A stretch of DNA of 64,000 nt from Clostridia bacterium. Lineage in GTDB: Bacteria > Bacillota > Clostridia > UMGS1883. Below, one piece after another: positions 9,066-20,537 of this stretch. The notes below the pieces were generated by a model. That model saw only the letters and a program-made list of their open reading frames with translations. It did not search any database and was not told the DNA's origin. The stretch is taken from NCBI GenBank assembly GCA_051866635.1, contig JBJDXJ010000046.1, forward strand, positions 31,518 through 95,517, in the 5' to 3' direction. The position numbers were made by a program, and so were the translations under genes. How positions within the stretch are numbered: the stretch's first letter is position 1; each line of letters opens with the position of its first letter.

Positions 9066-10028
9066 ATGGCTAAAGATAAATGTGAAAAATCCTGTCATAT
9101 AACGTCCATCGGCGGCAGTGCCGTTATGGAAGGCGTTATGATGAAGGGACCCAAGGAAATTGCTACTGCAGTACGAAAGCCTGACGGTGAAATCATTATT
9201 GATAAAAAGCCCGTAGGCAGTCTTGTTACAAAATATCACGTTAATAAAATTCCCATTGTACGTGGTATTTTCGCCTTTTTTGACTCTATGGTTTCCTCAA
9301 TGAAGGCACTTATGTTCAGTGCTGAATTTGTTGATTTGGAAGGCGAAGAGGATGAAATGGGGAAATTTGAAAAATGGCTTACAAATAAGTTAGGTGACAA
9401 AATGAAGGATGCGGTAATTTACTTTTCTGTAGTTATTGCTGTTATTTTCTCAATCGGACTTTTCATGCTTCTTCCCCATGCGTTAGGCATGCTGGCAGGC
9501 ATTTTTATAAAAAACACCATGGTGCTTACCTTAATTGAAAGCGTTGTTAAAATTATTATTTTCTTAGGATACATTTTGCTTATTTCCCAGATGGAGGATA
9601 TTAAAAGGGTGTTCCAGTACCACGGTGCAGAGCATAAAACAATCGCCTGTTATGAACATGGTATGGAGCTTACACCGGAAAACGCCGCCAAGTGTTCACG
9701 CCTTCATCCCCGTTGCGGCACCAGCTTTTTAGTGTTTGTTATAGTTATAAGCATTATTCTTTTCGCACTTGTGTCACGCTATTCCTGGGGTAATTACTTC
9801 GTAGGCTTAGGCATCAGGCTTTTGCTTTTACCTGTTGTTTCAGGTCTTTCTTACGAGGTTATCCGCTGGGCAGGCAAAAGTCAGAATGAATGTGTTGCAC
9901 TTCTCTCAAAGCCCGGTATGTGGATGCAGAAGATTACAACACGCGAGCCCGATGAAAAACAGTTAGAAGTTGCAATTGCCTCCATGAAAGCTGTTCTTAC
10001 AGACAATAAAGAGGATGATAAGTGGTGA
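9066..10028 (+). CDS. DUF1385 family membrane protein
   Basis: IGGSAVMEGVMM, FQYHGAEHKTI, RLHPRCGTSF, TTREPD motifs; upstream of prmC as in Clostridia. Confidence 0.92.
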   Translation: MAKDKCEKSCHITSIGGSAVMEGVMMKGPKEIATAVRKPDGEIIIDKKPVGSLVTKYHVNKIPIVRGIFAFFDSMVSSMKALMFSAEFVDLEGEEDEMGKFEKWLTNKLGDKMKDAVIYFSVVIAVIFSIGLFMLLPHALGMLAGIFIKNTMVLTLIESVVKIIIFLGYILLISQMEDIKRVFQYHGAEHKTIACYEHGMELTPENAAKCSRLHPRCGTSFLVFVIVISIILFALVSRYSWGNYFVGLGIRLLLLPVVSGLSYEVIRWAGKSQNECVALLSKPGMWMQKITTREPDEKQLEVAIASMKAVLTDNKEDDKW

Positions 10029-10831
10029 GTTTAGTAAATAAATACTACAAATTATTGTCAGGCTATTCTGATTCGCCCTTGCAGGATGCGAGGGCGTTTT
10101 TGTCATATGTGCTTCAAGCAGACCCACTTCTTATATGGCGTGAGCTTACAGAGGAAGAAGAGGGGAAAATTCTTGACTGTATTGAAAAACGCAAAAGCGG
10201 AATTCCCGTTGCCTATATAACAGGAGAGAAGGAATTTATGGCTCTCCCCTTTTTTGTTGATGAATCCACCTTAATCCCACGGCCTGATACTGAAACAATA
10301 GTTGAAACGCTGATGGAAGAAAACCCTTTCAAAAGCCCTGTTATAACGGACCTTTGCTGTGGCAGTGGGTGCATTGGAATTTCCCTTGCCCACTATATAA
10401 AAGATGCCACAGTTACAATGTGGGATATTTCAGAAGGGGCAATTAACATTGCAAACAAAAACATTAAAAGAAACAATCTTACAAGCCGTGTAACAGTAGC
10501 TTACGGCAATGTTTTAGAGGATGATTATCCCGAAAGTGATATTATCGTTTCAAACCCCCCATATATTGCAAATGATATTGTAGATACTCTGGAGGTTTCA
10601 AAATTTGAACCTCACCTTGCATTAAAGGGCGGTGTAGATGGGCTGGATTTTTACCGTACAATGATACCTAAGGCTTATAAAGCATTAAACCCCAACGGTA
10701 TTTTAGCCTTTGAAATAGGTTATGACCAGGGTAAAGAGGTAAAAGAGCTTATGGAGGGGTATTTTTCCCATGTTAAAGTAAAAAAAGATTATCAACATAA
10801 CGATCGTATGGTTTACGGATATAAAAGATAG
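10022..10831 (+). CDS. prmC: Release factor glutamine methyltransferase
   Basis: TLIPRPDTE, DLCCGSGCIG, IVSNPPYI motifs. Confidence 0.95.
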   Translation: MVSLVNKYYKLLSGYSDSPLQDARAFLSYVLQADPLLIWRELTEEEEGKILDCIEKRKSGIPVAYITGEKEFMALPFFVDESTLIPRPDTETIVETLMEENPFKSPVITDLCCGSGCIGISLAHYIKDATVTMWDISEGAINIANKNIKRNNLTSRVTVAYGNVLEDDYPESDIIVSNPPYIANDIVDTLEVSKFEPHLALKGGVDGLDFYRTMIPKAYKALNPNGILAFEIGYDQGKEVKELMEGYFSHVKVKKDYQHNDRMVYGYKR

Positions 10832-10890
10832 TTGAAATAAGCTATTTTTTGTGTTATTATATACAAAGAATATGTTAGGAGTTGAAAACA

Positions 10891-12048
10891 ATGACCACAA
10901 TTACAAACGATATCAAATATGTAGGCGTAGATGATTATAAAATTGACCTTTTTGAAGGGCAGTATAAAGTTCCTCACGGTATGTGCTACAATTCATACCT
11001 TATCTTGGATGAAAAAACAGCTGTTATGGACACAGTTGACATTAATTTCACCGAAGAATGGCTTAATAATATTGATTCTTTTTTAAGCGGCAAGGCACCT
11101 GATTATCTTATAGTACAGCATATGGAGCCTGACCATTCCGCAAATATTTTAAACTTTGCAAACCGTTATCCCGATGCAAAAATTGTGTCATCTCAAAAAG
11201 CATTTGCAATGATGAAGGGATTTTTCGGAACTGACTTTTCGGACAGAGGCGTTGTTGTGGGCGAAGGTGACAGTCTTTCCCTCGGAAAACACAACCTTAC
11301 CTTTGTAACTGCACCCATGGTTCACTGGCCTGAAGTAATTGTAACATATGACAAAACTGACAAGGTTCTTTTCTCTGCTGACGGCTTTGGCAAATTTGGC
11401 AATATTGATGCCAAGGAGGATTGGGCAGATGAGGCAAGAAGGTATTACATCGGCATTGTAGGAAAATACGGTATGCAGGTTCAGGCACTTTTGAAAAAGG
11501 CGGCAAATCTTGATATTGAGATTATATGCCCTCTTCACGGACCTGTGCTCAGCGAAAACTTAGGCTATTATATTAACCTTTATGATATATGGTCAAGCTA
11601 CAGAAGCGAAGAGGATGGCGTTGTGATTGCCTACACTTCCGTTTACGGAAACACAAAGAAGGCAGCCTTGTACCTTTCAGAGCATCTTTTGGAAAAGGGA
11701 TGTAAAAATGTTAAGGTATACGACCTTGCAAGGTGTGATATGGCACAGGCAGTTGCAGACACATTTAAGTACAGCAAGACAGTTTTTGCAACAACAACTT
11801 ATAATGGTGATATCTTCCCCTTTATGAAGGAGTTTATCAATCACCTTACAGAGCGTAATTTCCAAAATAAAACCGTTTCCTTTATTGAAAACGGAACATG
11901 GGCGCCTGTTGCCGCAAAGGTTATGAAATCTATGCTTGAAAAGAGCAAGAATTTAACATATGCGGAAAATGAAGTTAAAATCATGTCAGGCTTGAATGAA
12001 GAAAGCAAAAAACAGCTTAATGCCTTAGCTGACGAGCTGTGCAAATAA
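10891..12048 (+). CDS. FprA family flavodiiron (A-type) flavoprotein
   Basis: HMEPDHS, HWPE, FSADGFG, PLHG metallo-beta-lactamase diiron ligands plus flavodoxin domain (YTSVYGNT). Confidence 0.93.
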   Translation: MTTITNDIKYVGVDDYKIDLFEGQYKVPHGMCYNSYLILDEKTAVMDTVDINFTEEWLNNIDSFLSGKAPDYLIVQHMEPDHSANILNFANRYPDAKIVSSQKAFAMMKGFFGTDFSDRGVVVGEGDSLSLGKHNLTFVTAPMVHWPEVIVTYDKTDKVLFSADGFGKFGNIDAKEDWADEARRYYIGIVGKYGMQVQALLKKAANLDIEIICPLHGPVLSENLGYYINLYDIWSSYRSEEDGVVIAYTSVYGNTKKAALYLSEHLLEKGCKNVKVYDLARCDMAQAVADTFKYSKTVFATTTYNGDIFPFMKEFINHLTERNFQNKTVSFIENGTWAPVAAKVMKSMLEKSKNLTYAENEVKIMSGLNEESKKQLNALADELCK

Positions 12049-12076
12049 TTTAAAACTACTAAGGAGGAACAACACT

Positions 12077-12424
12077 ATGGAACAGAAGCTTTATATCTGT
12101 GAACATTGCGGACAAATTATTATTAAAGTTAAGGATAAAGGCGTACCTGTAATGTGCTGCGGTGAACCCATGAAGGAATATGTTCCCGAAGCGGCACCTG
12201 TTTGCGACCTTAAGCCCGTTAACACAAAGTCAAACGAAGATTATATTGTATGTAAATGCAATAATGTAAGCTATTTTGATATTTTAGATGCAGTTCAGTC
12301 ACATAACAACTTTGATGACCTTATGAAAGTTTTTGGCGATGTTAAAAACACCACAAAATGCTCCACAGGTTGCGGTGGCTGTTACGATAAGGTAATCGAA
12401 ATCATATCTGCAAGTATGCACTGA
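12077..12424 (+). CDS. Desulforedoxin-domain / BFD-like [2Fe-2S] domain fusion protein
   Basis: N-terminal YICEHCG...MCCGEPM; C-terminal IVCKCNNVS...CSTGCGGC. Confidence 0.8.
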   Translation: MEQKLYICEHCGQIIIKVKDKGVPVMCCGEPMKEYVPEAAPVCDLKPVNTKSNEDYIVCKCNNVSYFDILDAVQSHNNFDDLMKVFGDVKNTTKCSTGCGGCYDKVIEIISASMH

Positions 12425-12484
12425 TAAAAATACATTTTTCCGGCAAAAAAAGAGACTGTAAAAAAGTCTCGAAAGAAATAAGTT

Positions 12485-12562
12485 AAGACCATTTGGGACA
12501 GTCCCCCTTATGGCAAATTGGGAAACAATTTGTCATAAGGGGGACTGTCCCGAAATGGTCTT
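12485..12562. repeat. Long (~36-bp arm) inverted repeat, REP-like
   Basis: AAGACCATTTGGGACAGTCCCCCTTATGGCAAATTG-GGAAA-CAATTTGTCATAAGGGGGACTGTCCCGAAATGGTCTT. Confidence 0.8.
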
Positions 12563-12598
12563 TTTGTTATATCAGAGCCACTTTTTGTTTGCTTTATT

Positions 12599-13216
12599 TT
12601 AAAATTCAATACTTAATGCTCTTTTTGCAATAATCAATGCTTCCTGTACTGTGCAGTTGCCTAAGGGGTTAATCTTGTTTTCGTCAGTACCCTTTATAAG
12701 CTCTGCCATCACCATAAACTTTACAGCGTCCTCTGCCCAATCGCTTACCTCACTACCGTCTGCAAATTCAGAAAGTGAAGGAAGATACGATGAAAAATCA
12801 ACATCTTCGGGAATAAATTTATCAGCAATTCTGTAAAGCATCACACAAATCTGCTCACGTGTTACAGATAAATCGGGGGCAAACTCTGTTTCGCTTACAC
12901 CCTTTACCAAGCCTAAACCGTATGCAGTTACAACAAAAGGATTATTGCAGTCTGTAAATGGGTTAGAAACGCTCATTTTCGGTATTTCCATATTAGACAT
13001 GGATGCATAAATATAAAGTGCTATCACGGCAAATTCTTCTCGGGTGATTTCCTTTTTGTAGTCTATCTCACTTTTAATTACACTTTTAAGAAATCTTGCC
13101 CCTTGATAATCAACTTCAGCAGCTGCCCATTCATCAGGCTCACTTTGTGCAAAAACTGCCATGCTAACAGAAAACGCCATCGAAATAACAAGTAACAATG
13201 CTACAACCTTTTTCAT
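12599..13216 (-). CDS. S-layer homology (SLH) domain protein
   Basis: Signal peptide; ITREEFA, GLVKGVSETEFAPDLSVTREQ, FADGSEVSDWA SLH motifs. Confidence 0.9.
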   Translation of the reverse strand: MKKVVALLLVISMAFSVSMAVFAQSEPDEWAAAEVDYQGARFLKSVIKSEIDYKKEITREEFAVIALYIYASMSNMEIPKMSVSNPFTDCNNPFVVTAYGLGLVKGVSETEFAPDLSVTREQICVMLYRIADKFIPEDVDFSSYLPSLSEFADGSEVSDWAEDAVKFMVMAELIKGTDENKINPLGNCTVQEALIIAKRALSIEF

Positions 13217-13231
13217 TATCTCATCCCCTAA

Positions 13232-14344
13232 TTATTCGTTATTTTGAGAAGAATATCTCAAATATTCATTTATAAAACCGTCTATATCCCCGTCCATAGT
13301 TGCACCGATATTACCAACTTCATAGTTTGTACGGTGGTCCTTAACCATGGTGTAGGGATGGAACACATAAGAACGAATTTGACTACCCCATGCGATTTCC
13401 TTCTGAACGCCCTTTATGTCTTCAATCTTTTCCTTATGTTCTGCTTCTGCAATTTCAGCAAGTTTTGCCTTAAGCATCTTCATACACATATCCTTGTTCT
13501 GGAACTGGCTTCTTTCATTCTGGCATGCAACAGTAACACCTGTGGGAATATGTGTAAGTCTTACCGCAGAAGATGTTTTGTTTACGTGCTGACCGCCTGC
13601 ACCGCTTGCCCTGAACACGTCCATCTTAATATCTTCAGGTCTTATATTAACCTCAATTGTGTCGTCAATGTCGGGCATTACTTCAACAGATGCAAAGGAT
13701 GTGTGCCTTCTTCCTGCCGAGTCAAAGGGAGAAATTCTAACGAGTCTGTGGATACCCTTTTCACACTTGGCATATCCGTATGCGTTATCCCCTTCAATAA
13801 GGATGGTAGCACCCTTTATGCCGGCTTCATCACCGTCAAGATAATCAATTGTAGATACGGAAAATCCACGTTTTTCAGCCCACATCTGATACATACGAAG
13901 AAGCATACTGCACCAGTCCTGAGCTTCTGTTCCGCCTGCACCGGCATGGAGAGTTATAATTGCATCGTTTTTGTCGTAGGGACCTGACAAAAGTGTTTCA
14001 AGTTTTGTGGTTTCAATGTTATTAACTAAGCCTTCAACGCCTGCTTTAACTTCATCAAGGAAACTTAAATCATCCTCTTCCTCCGCAAGCTCAATAATTG
14101 TAAGAAGGTCCTCACGTTCACTTTTGATTTTTTCAAAGTGTTCAATCTTGCCCTTAAGCTGTTTAAGCTGTTTTAAAACCTTCTGGCTTTTATCCATGTC
14201 AGAATAAAAGTCAGGGTTCATTGTTTCCTGCTCTAAAGTTTCTGCCTGCTTTTTAACGCCTTCAATGCCCAGTGACTTACCAAGCTCCTCAATTTCCCCG
14301 GCAAGAGCGTTAAGATTTAATTTATACTGATCGTATTCAACCAT
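13232..14344 (-). CDS. prfB: Peptide chain release factor 2 (continuous ORF, no programmed frameshift)
   Basis: HRLVRISPFD (SPF), GAGGQHVN, WGSQIRSYV; directly downstream of secA. Confidence 0.97.
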   Translation of the reverse strand: MVEYDQYKLNLNALAGEIEELGKSLGIEGVKKQAETLEQETMNPDFYSDMDKSQKVLKQLKQLKGKIEHFEKIKSEREDLLTIIELAEEEDDLSFLDEVKAGVEGLVNNIETTKLETLLSGPYDKNDAIITLHAGAGGTEAQDWCSMLLRMYQMWAEKRGFSVSTIDYLDGDEAGIKGATILIEGDNAYGYAKCEKGIHRLVRISPFDSAGRRHTSFASVEVMPDIDDTIEVNIRPEDIKMDVFRASGAGGQHVNKTSSAVRLTHIPTGVTVACQNERSQFQNKDMCMKMLKAKLAEIAEAEHKEKIEDIKGVQKEIAWGSQIRSYVFHPYTMVKDHRTNYEVGNIGATMDGDIDGFINEYLRYSSQNNE

Positions 14345-14394
14345 TTTGCAACATTCCTTTCGCTGTAGATATATTTAGTTCAACTAAAAACCTA

Positions 14395-17196
14395 TCAGGG
14401 ATTTTCATTCAATCCACAGCACTGCTTGTATTTTTTACCGCTTCCGCAGGGGCAAGGGTCATTACGTCCAATCTTAGGTTCCAATCTTCTTACAGGCTGT
14501 TTTTTCACACTGCCATCACTGCCACCGGAGGCTACCGCTTTCTTCAAATCGGGGCCCTTCATTAATGAAGGTGCTTTTTCGCCGCCCATTTTTGCGTTCT
14601 TTTCGGCAACCGCATCTGCCACCCTTACATTCATGGCAGGCACAACGCCCATTACATATTTTACAGTATCCTCCTGCATAAGGTCAACCATTTCTTCGAA
14701 CATATCAAAACCAACCATCTTGTATTCGTTCACTATGTCGTGGTTACCGTAAGCACGGAGTCTGATTTCGTTTTTAAGCTGATCCATTGCATCCACATGT
14801 TCAATCCAGTGGTTGTCAACAGATTTAAGCATAATCTTTCTTTCGATTTCCCTCATTCTTTCTTCGCCGAATACATTTTCCTGCTCTTTATACCTTATTT
14901 GAGCATTCTTAATTACTTCATCGCGAATTTTTTCACGTGTAACCTTATTTATATCCATTGCAGAAATATCGATAAAGTTCTTTTTGTGGAAAATCTGTTC
15001 GCAGTAGCTTTCAAATTCAGCTATAAGCCAGTAGTCGGGATAATCTGCGTTAAGGAATTTTGTTATTGCGTTATCAGTAAGCTTTTCAATCATCTTTTCG
15101 ATGGCAGGCTTAATATTTTCACCGTCTAAAACCTGTCGTCTCTGCTTGTAGATAATTTCACGCTGTGTATTTACAACATCATCAAACTGCAACACATTTT
15201 TACGCATGTCGTAGTTTCTGCCTTCAATATTCTTCTGGGCGTTTTCAATTACACCCGATAAAATCTTTTCGTCTATTACATCGTCCTCGTCAATCTTCAT
15301 TGTGGACAAAAGTCTCTTAACTCTGTCACCGCCGAAAAGACGAAGAAGGTCATCTTCAAAGGAAACATAGAACTTTGCCTTACCGGGGTCACCCTGTCTG
15401 CCGCTTCGACCCTGGAGCTGGTTGTCAATTCGCCTTGATTCGTGGCGTTCCGTACCGATTACATACAAACCGCCTGCCTTAACAACTTCTTCCCTTTCAG
15501 GTTCAATTTCCTTCTTATATTCTTCATAATATTTTGCATATGTTGCTCTTGCATCAATGATTTCCTGATCTTCTGTTTCAGCATAGCCTGTTGCTTCCAC
15601 AATCAAGTCTTCACTGTAGCCTTCCTTCTGCATTCTGCTTTTTGCCATATATTCAGCATTACCGCCCAAAAGGATATCCGTACCACGTCCTGCCATGTTT
15701 GTGGCAATTGTAACGGCACCTTTTTTACCTGCCTGTGCAATAATCTGTGCTTCTGCTTCGTGATACTTGGCGTTAAGCACTCTATGTGTTACACCTTCAC
15801 GCTTTAAAGCACGGGATAATTCTTCACTGCTGTCAATAGTTGCGGTACCTACCAACACAGGTCTGCCCACAGCGTGTGCCGCCTTAATTTCGTTTACAAT
15901 AGCTTTTATCTTAGCGTTATGAGTCATGTAAACAGCATCGTTGGCATCCTCACGTATAACGGGAGAATTTGTAGGTATTGCCACAACGTCAAGGGCATAA
16001 GTACCCCTGAATTCGTCCTCTTCAGTTAAGGCTGTACCTGTCATACCGGAAAGCTTCTTGTACATTCTGAAATAGTTCTGAACTGTAATTGTAGCAACAG
16101 TTTTGCTTTCGTTCTTTACCTTTAAGCCTTCCTTCATTTCGATAGCCTGATGAAGACCGTTGGAATATCTTCTTCCCACAGCAATACGGCCTGTAAAGCT
16201 GTCAACAATAAGAACTTCCCCGTCCTTTACAACATAGTCATCGTCCTTTTTCATAACACCGTGAGCCTTAAGGGCAATGTTAATGTGATGAACAATACTC
16301 ATGTTATTGGGATCGGAAAGGTTTTCAATATTGAAAAACTGTTCGGCTTTCTTTGTACCACGTTCTGTAAGTGTGGCATTCTTCGCTTTTTCGTCCACAA
16401 TAAAGTCACAGTCAAGGTTGACACTTTCTTCCTTGCTGTCAAAGGACTCAACCTTTAACATTTTTAATGTTCTTACAAATCTGTCTGCCACCATGTAAAG
16501 GGCATCAGCCTCTGAATCGGGACAGCTGATTATATGAGGTGTTCTCGCTTCGTCAATTAAAATTGAGTCAACTTCATCCACGATGGCATAATTGTGCTTA
16601 CGCTGAACAACCTGGGATTTTTCTGTTCTGAGGTTATCCCACAAATAGTCAAAGGCAAATTCGCTGTTTGTACCGTAAGTTATGTCAGCGGCATATGCAA
16701 CATGCTTTTCTTCCTGTGTTCCCTGAGGGATAATAAGCCCTACAGTAAGACCAAGGTAACGGTACACCTTTCCCATCCATTCGCTGTCACGCTTTGCAAG
16801 ATATTCGTTGGCAGTTACAATATGCACACCATTACCCTCAATAGCATTAAGGTATGCAGGAAGTGTTGCAACAAGTGTCTTACCTTCACCTGTTTTCATT
16901 TCGGCAATTCTGCCCTGATGAAGGATAATACCGCCTATAATCTGCACGGGGAAATGCTTCATCCCCAAAACTCTCCAGCTGGCTTCTCTGACAGTTGCAA
17001 AAGCCTCGGGAAGTATGTCGTCCAAGGTTTCACCCTTTTTAAGTCTCTGGCGGAACTGTTCCGTTTTACCCTTAAGCTCATCTTCACTTAATTGCGAATA
17101 TTCCTCCTCAAGGGAAAGGACCTTTTCCTTCAAGGGTTGTATTTTTTTTACTTCTTTAGTTGAATAATCACCAAAAATTTTTGAAAAAAGACCCAT
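14395..17196 (-). CDS. secA: Preprotein translocase subunit SecA
   Basis: [35 protein letters not shown]-terminal [15 protein letters not shown]. Confidence 0.98.
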   Translation of the reverse strand: MGLFSKIFGDYSTKEVKKIQPLKEKVLSLEEEYSQLSEDELKGKTEQFRQRLKKGETLDDILPEAFATVREASWRVLGMKHFPVQIIGGIILHQGRIAEMKTGEGKTLVATLPAYLNAIEGNGVHIVTANEYLAKRDSEWMGKVYRYLGLTVGLIIPQGTQEEKHVAYAADITYGTNSEFAFDYLWDNLRTEKSQVVQRKHNYAIVDEVDSILIDEARTPHIISCPDSEADALYMVADRFVRTLKMLKVESFDSKEESVNLDCDFIVDEKAKNATLTERGTKKAEQFFNIENLSDPNNMSIVHHINIALKAHGVMKKDDDYVVKDGEVLIVDSFTGRIAVGRRYSNGLHQAIEMKEGLKVKNESKTVATITVQNYFRMYKKLSGMTGTALTEEDEFRGTYALDVVAIPTNSPVIREDANDAVYMTHNAKIKAIVNEIKAAHAVGRPVLVGTATIDSSEELSRALKREGVTHRVLNAKYHEAEAQIIAQAGKKGAVTIATNMAGRGTDILLGGNAEYMAKSRMQKEGYSEDLIVEATGYAETEDQEIIDARATYAKYYEEYKKEIEPEREEVVKAGGLYVIGTERHESRRIDNQLQGRSGRQGDPGKAKFYVSFEDDLLRLFGGDRVKRLLSTMKIDEDDVIDEKILSGVIENAQKNIEGRNYDMRKNVLQFDDVVNTQREIIYKQRRQVLDGENIKPAIEKMIEKLTDNAITKFLNADYPDYWLIAEFESYCEQIFHKKNFIDISAMDINKVTREKIRDEVIKNAQIRYKEQENVFGEERMREIERKIMLKSVDNHWIEHVDAMDQLKNEIRLRAYGNHDIVNEYKMVGFDMFEEMVDLMQEDTVKYVMGVVPAMNVRVADAVAEKNAKMGGEKAPSLMKGPDLKKAVASGGSDGSVKKQPVRRLEPKIGRNDPCPCGSGKKYKQCCGLNENP

Positions 17197-17294
17197 CTGT
17201 ATCACCATTTTCTATTTATTACCGAGCATACAAAAACTCATTATATAATATTGTACCACATAATAATAACCATGTCAAATTAATAAACAGTTAA

Positions 17295-19061
17295 TTATAT
17301 TGCCTTTGTTTCATTTAAAAGCCACGCTCTTTCATCTTCCGACAAATAAGGCGACAGTTTTTCGTAAACCTTTTCATGAAAATCATTTAACCACTTAATT
17401 TCATCATCTGTTAAAAGGTTCTTATCAACAGCCCTTGTATCGATAGGACAGTATGAAATCATTTCAAACTGATAAAACTCACCATCGGAATTTTGGGTAA
17501 AAGGAACAACTATAACATCGTTTTCAATTCTTATACCGTATTTCCCCTCTTTGTAAACGCCGGGTTCAACGGTAACATTCATACCTAATTCCAAAGGTGC
17601 AGTATATCTCATCCTCGGTCCGAAGCCCTGAGGGCCTTCGTGAACATTTAAAAGATAGCCTACACCGTGACCTGTTCCGCACTTATAGTCAATGCCTTCA
17701 TTCCACAAAAACTGACGGGCAAGAACATCAAGACAACTTCCCGTTGCACCCTTCAAGAATTTTGCTCTACAAAGGGCAATGTTACCTTTAAGTGTTAATG
17801 TATAAGCCTTCTTTTCTTCATCTGAAATTTTGCCTAATATAAGTGTACGTGTAATATCCGTTGTGCCGTCATAATACTGACCGCCTGAGTCAATTAAAAG
17901 CATACCGCTTTTTTCTATAACCGCACTATTATTTTCATTGGGGGAATAGTGCATCATTGCCGCATTAGATTTATAAGCCGCAATAGTATCAAAACTTGCA
18001 CCTAAGTTTCCTTCCTGCTTTCCTCTTTCCTCCAAAAGTATGTCGCATACATCCTTTTCTCTCATACTTCCGCTTTCGGCATTATAAATTTTATAAAAAC
18101 CTTTCACCAGTGCAACACAGTCTTTTATATAGGCATTTTTTAAATTCTCGTTTTCAACCTCGTTTTTAACAGCCTTCATTTTTTCAATAAAGTTTGCGGT
18201 TTCCTTAACTTCACAGCCTGCCGCCTTAAATAGCATGTAATTTGTATCGGCTCCGTTTAAGGCAATCTTGCCTGTGTTTAAAGCGGCAAGGTCACTGTAA
18301 ATTTCGTCATACTCCTTAACAGTAACGCCGTTTTTATCAAGGTAAGCTTTTACCTCATCTGTCATCTGTTTTCCCGATACGTAAAAAATCGCTTCGTTTT
18401 CTGTTATTAAAGCGTAGCTCAATGCAAAGGGACAGCAATGAACATCGTTTGCACGAACATTGTAAAGCCACATTACCGCATCTAATGTGCCTGTGGCATA
18501 GTAGTCAACCTTTTCCTTACGCATATTTTCACGAAGCCTGTTAACCTTACTTTCTGCACTTTCGCCTGTGTATTTTTCATCATGCAAGAAGAGCTTTGTA
18601 TATGGAAGTGAATCCCTTCTCTCCCATATATAAGACAAATCCATGTCAACTACAAGCTCAATACCCTTTTCGTTAAACTTTTTCTGCATATTTGTAACTG
18701 CATTTTTAGAAAAAAGTTTACCGTCTATACCTACACGGTCACCTTCCCGAAGTTCTTCGCAGAAAAATTCAATATAACTTATAACATTCGGTTCATATGC
18801 ACGGTATAGTACAATTTCACTGCCTGAAAGCTCAATTTCTGCCTGAATGTAATATCTTCCATCTGTCCACAGACCGCTTTTTTTATCGGTCAATGCGAAG
18901 GTACCGGCACTTCCCGTAAAGCCTGAAATCCATCTGCGGAACCTGTAAAAATCTGCCACATATTCAGAAATATGAGGATCCCCTGTAGGTATGATATATC
19001 CCTTTAAATTATTTTTATCCATTTCGTTTCTTAAAAGAGCAACCTTTTCATTTGTTGTCAT
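17295..19061 (-). CDS. Aminopeptidase P family (M24B) protein
   Basis: SGFTGSAG, WTDGRY, DSGGQYYDGTTDITRT, GTGHGVG..NVHEGP, GIRIEN. Confidence 0.93.
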   Translation of the reverse strand: MTTNEKVALLRNEMDKNNLKGYIIPTGDPHISEYVADFYRFRRWISGFTGSAGTFALTDKKSGLWTDGRYYIQAEIELSGSEIVLYRAYEPNVISYIEFFCEELREGDRVGIDGKLFSKNAVTNMQKKFNEKGIELVVDMDLSYIWERRDSLPYTKLFLHDEKYTGESAESKVNRLRENMRKEKVDYYATGTLDAVMWLYNVRANDVHCCPFALSYALITENEAIFYVSGKQMTDEVKAYLDKNGVTVKEYDEIYSDLAALNTGKIALNGADTNYMLFKAAGCEVKETANFIEKMKAVKNEVENENLKNAYIKDCVALVKGFYKIYNAESGSMREKDVCDILLEERGKQEGNLGASFDTIAAYKSNAAMMHYSPNENNSAVIEKSGMLLIDSGGQYYDGTTDITRTLILGKISDEEKKAYTLTLKGNIALCRAKFLKGATGSCLDVLARQFLWNEGIDYKCGTGHGVGYLLNVHEGPQGFGPRMRYTAPLELGMNVTVEPGVYKEGKYGIRIENDVIVVPFTQNSDGEFYQFEMISYCPIDTRAVDKNLLTDDEIKWLNDFHEKVYEKLSPYLSEDERAWLLNETKAI

Positions 19062-19093
19062 AATACATTTCATCCTTTCAGTTTAATTAACCC

Positions 19094-20092
19094 TCAGTCC
19101 AATCTGAGATTTGGAACTGCGTTAAGTGATAAATCACCACGTACGCCCTTTACATAATTAAGATATCCCGCACAGGAAATCATGGCTCCGTTGTCAGTAC
19201 ATAATTCAATAGGAGGGCAATAAAATTCCATCTTGTTTTTCTTTGCACTCTCCTCCATTTGTTTGCGTAAAAAGGTGTTTGCGGCAACGCCTCCTGCAAG
19301 TGCAATTTTATTGCATCCTACACTTTTTGCCGCATCGACGGTGTTCTCAACCAAAACATCGCACACTGCACTTTGGAAAGAAGCCGCCACATCTGCCTTA
19401 TTTATTTCTCTGCCCGCCTGTTCTTCCTTGTGAACATAGTTTATAACAGCTGTTTTCACACCGGAAAAACTAAAGTCAAAACCGCTTTTCGGTCTGGGGA
19501 ATTTAATCGCATCACAATTTCCTTCTTCGGCTAACTTATTAACCTTAGGTCCGCCGGGGTATCCTAAGCCTAAAACCCTTGCAACCTTGTCAAAGGCTTC
19601 CCCCGCCGCATCGTCATGGGTCTGACCTAATATTTCAAAATCATGATAGTCCTTCATGTGAAGTATGTGACTGTGGCCCCCCGATGCCACAAGGCACACA
19701 AAGGGCGGTTCCAAAGTCTTATGTGCTATATAATTTGCCGCAATGTGACCTTGTATGTGATTAACGGGAATATTGGGCTTGCCTAAGCCATAGGCAAAGG
19801 CCTTTGCCGCAGATACACCTACCAAAAGTGCACCTACAAGACCGGGAGAATATGTTACCGCAACTCCGTCAAGCTCTTCTTTTGTAATTTTTGCTTCTTT
19901 TAAAGCTTCATCAATAACCCATATGATTTTATCTATATGCTTTCTTGATGCTATTTCAGGCACCACACCACCATAGAGCGTATGTATATCAATCTGCGAA
20001 TAAACAACATTGCTTAAAACTTCTCGCCCGTCACGTGTTACCGATGCCGCCGTTTCGTCACAGGAGGTTTCTATACCTAATATATATGCCAT
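19094..20092 (-). CDS. tsaD: tRNA N6-adenosine threonylcarbamoyltransferase
   Basis: [49 protein letters not shown]. Confidence 0.97.
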   Translation of the reverse strand: MAYILGIETSCDETAASVTRDGREVLSNVVYSQIDIHTLYGGVVPEIASRKHIDKIIWVIDEALKEAKITKEELDGVAVTYSPGLVGALLVGVSAAKAFAYGLGKPNIPVNHIQGHIAANYIAHKTLEPPFVCLVASGGHSHILHMKDYHDFEILGQTHDDAAGEAFDKVARVLGLGYPGGPKVNKLAEEGNCDAIKFPRPKSGFDFSFSGVKTAVINYVHKEEQAGREINKADVAASFQSAVCDVLVENTVDAAKSVGCNKIALAGGVAANTFLRKQMEESAKKNKMEFYCPPIELCTDNGAMISCAGYLNYVKGVRGDLSLNAVPNLRLD

Positions 20093-20096
20093 GTTA

Positions 20097-20537
20097 TCAA
20101 TCCTTTCCAAAACATAAATCCATAAGCACCCCGTCACAAACAGGGTTACTGTAGTAATTTTTTCGAATTCCCACCTTTTTGAACCCCAACGATTCATAAA
20201 GGGCAATGGCAGGGTAATTGTTCGCTCTTACTTCCAGGGTAAAAAACTTAACTGAGTCATTTTTTGCAATTTCAATAACCCTTTCAAAAAGCTCTTTCCC
20301 GTAACCTTTTCGTCTGTAATCCGGATGAACTGCCACAGAAATAATCTGCCCTTCGTCAAGTACCTTTTCATAGCATAAAAACGCCACAAAATCCCCATCA
20401 AAAAGCCCGTAACAATAGTAGCTTTCCCTTTTAAGGTCACTTATCATGGTTTCTTTTTTCAATGGGTCCGAAAAAGACTTAACTTCTATATCATATATTT
20501 TATCAATATCTTCTGATGTACATCTTTTTACTATCAT
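20097..20537 (-). CDS. rimI: Ribosomal protein S18-alanine N-acetyltransferase
   Basis: [34 protein letters not shown]; adjacent to tsaD. Confidence 0.9.
   Translation of the reverse strand: MIVKRCTSEDIDKIYDIEVKSFSDPLKKETMISDLKRESYYCYGLFDGDFVAFLCYEKVLDEGQIISVAVHPDYRRKGYGKELFERVIEIAKNDSVKFFTLEVRANNYPAIALYESLGFKKVGIRKNYYSNPVCDGVLMDLCFGKD

Noticed and set aside
13244-13987. Long antisense ORFs (13244-13987, 16594-17091, 26825-27382 and others)
   Set aside because: Shadow frames of codon-biased housekeeping genes
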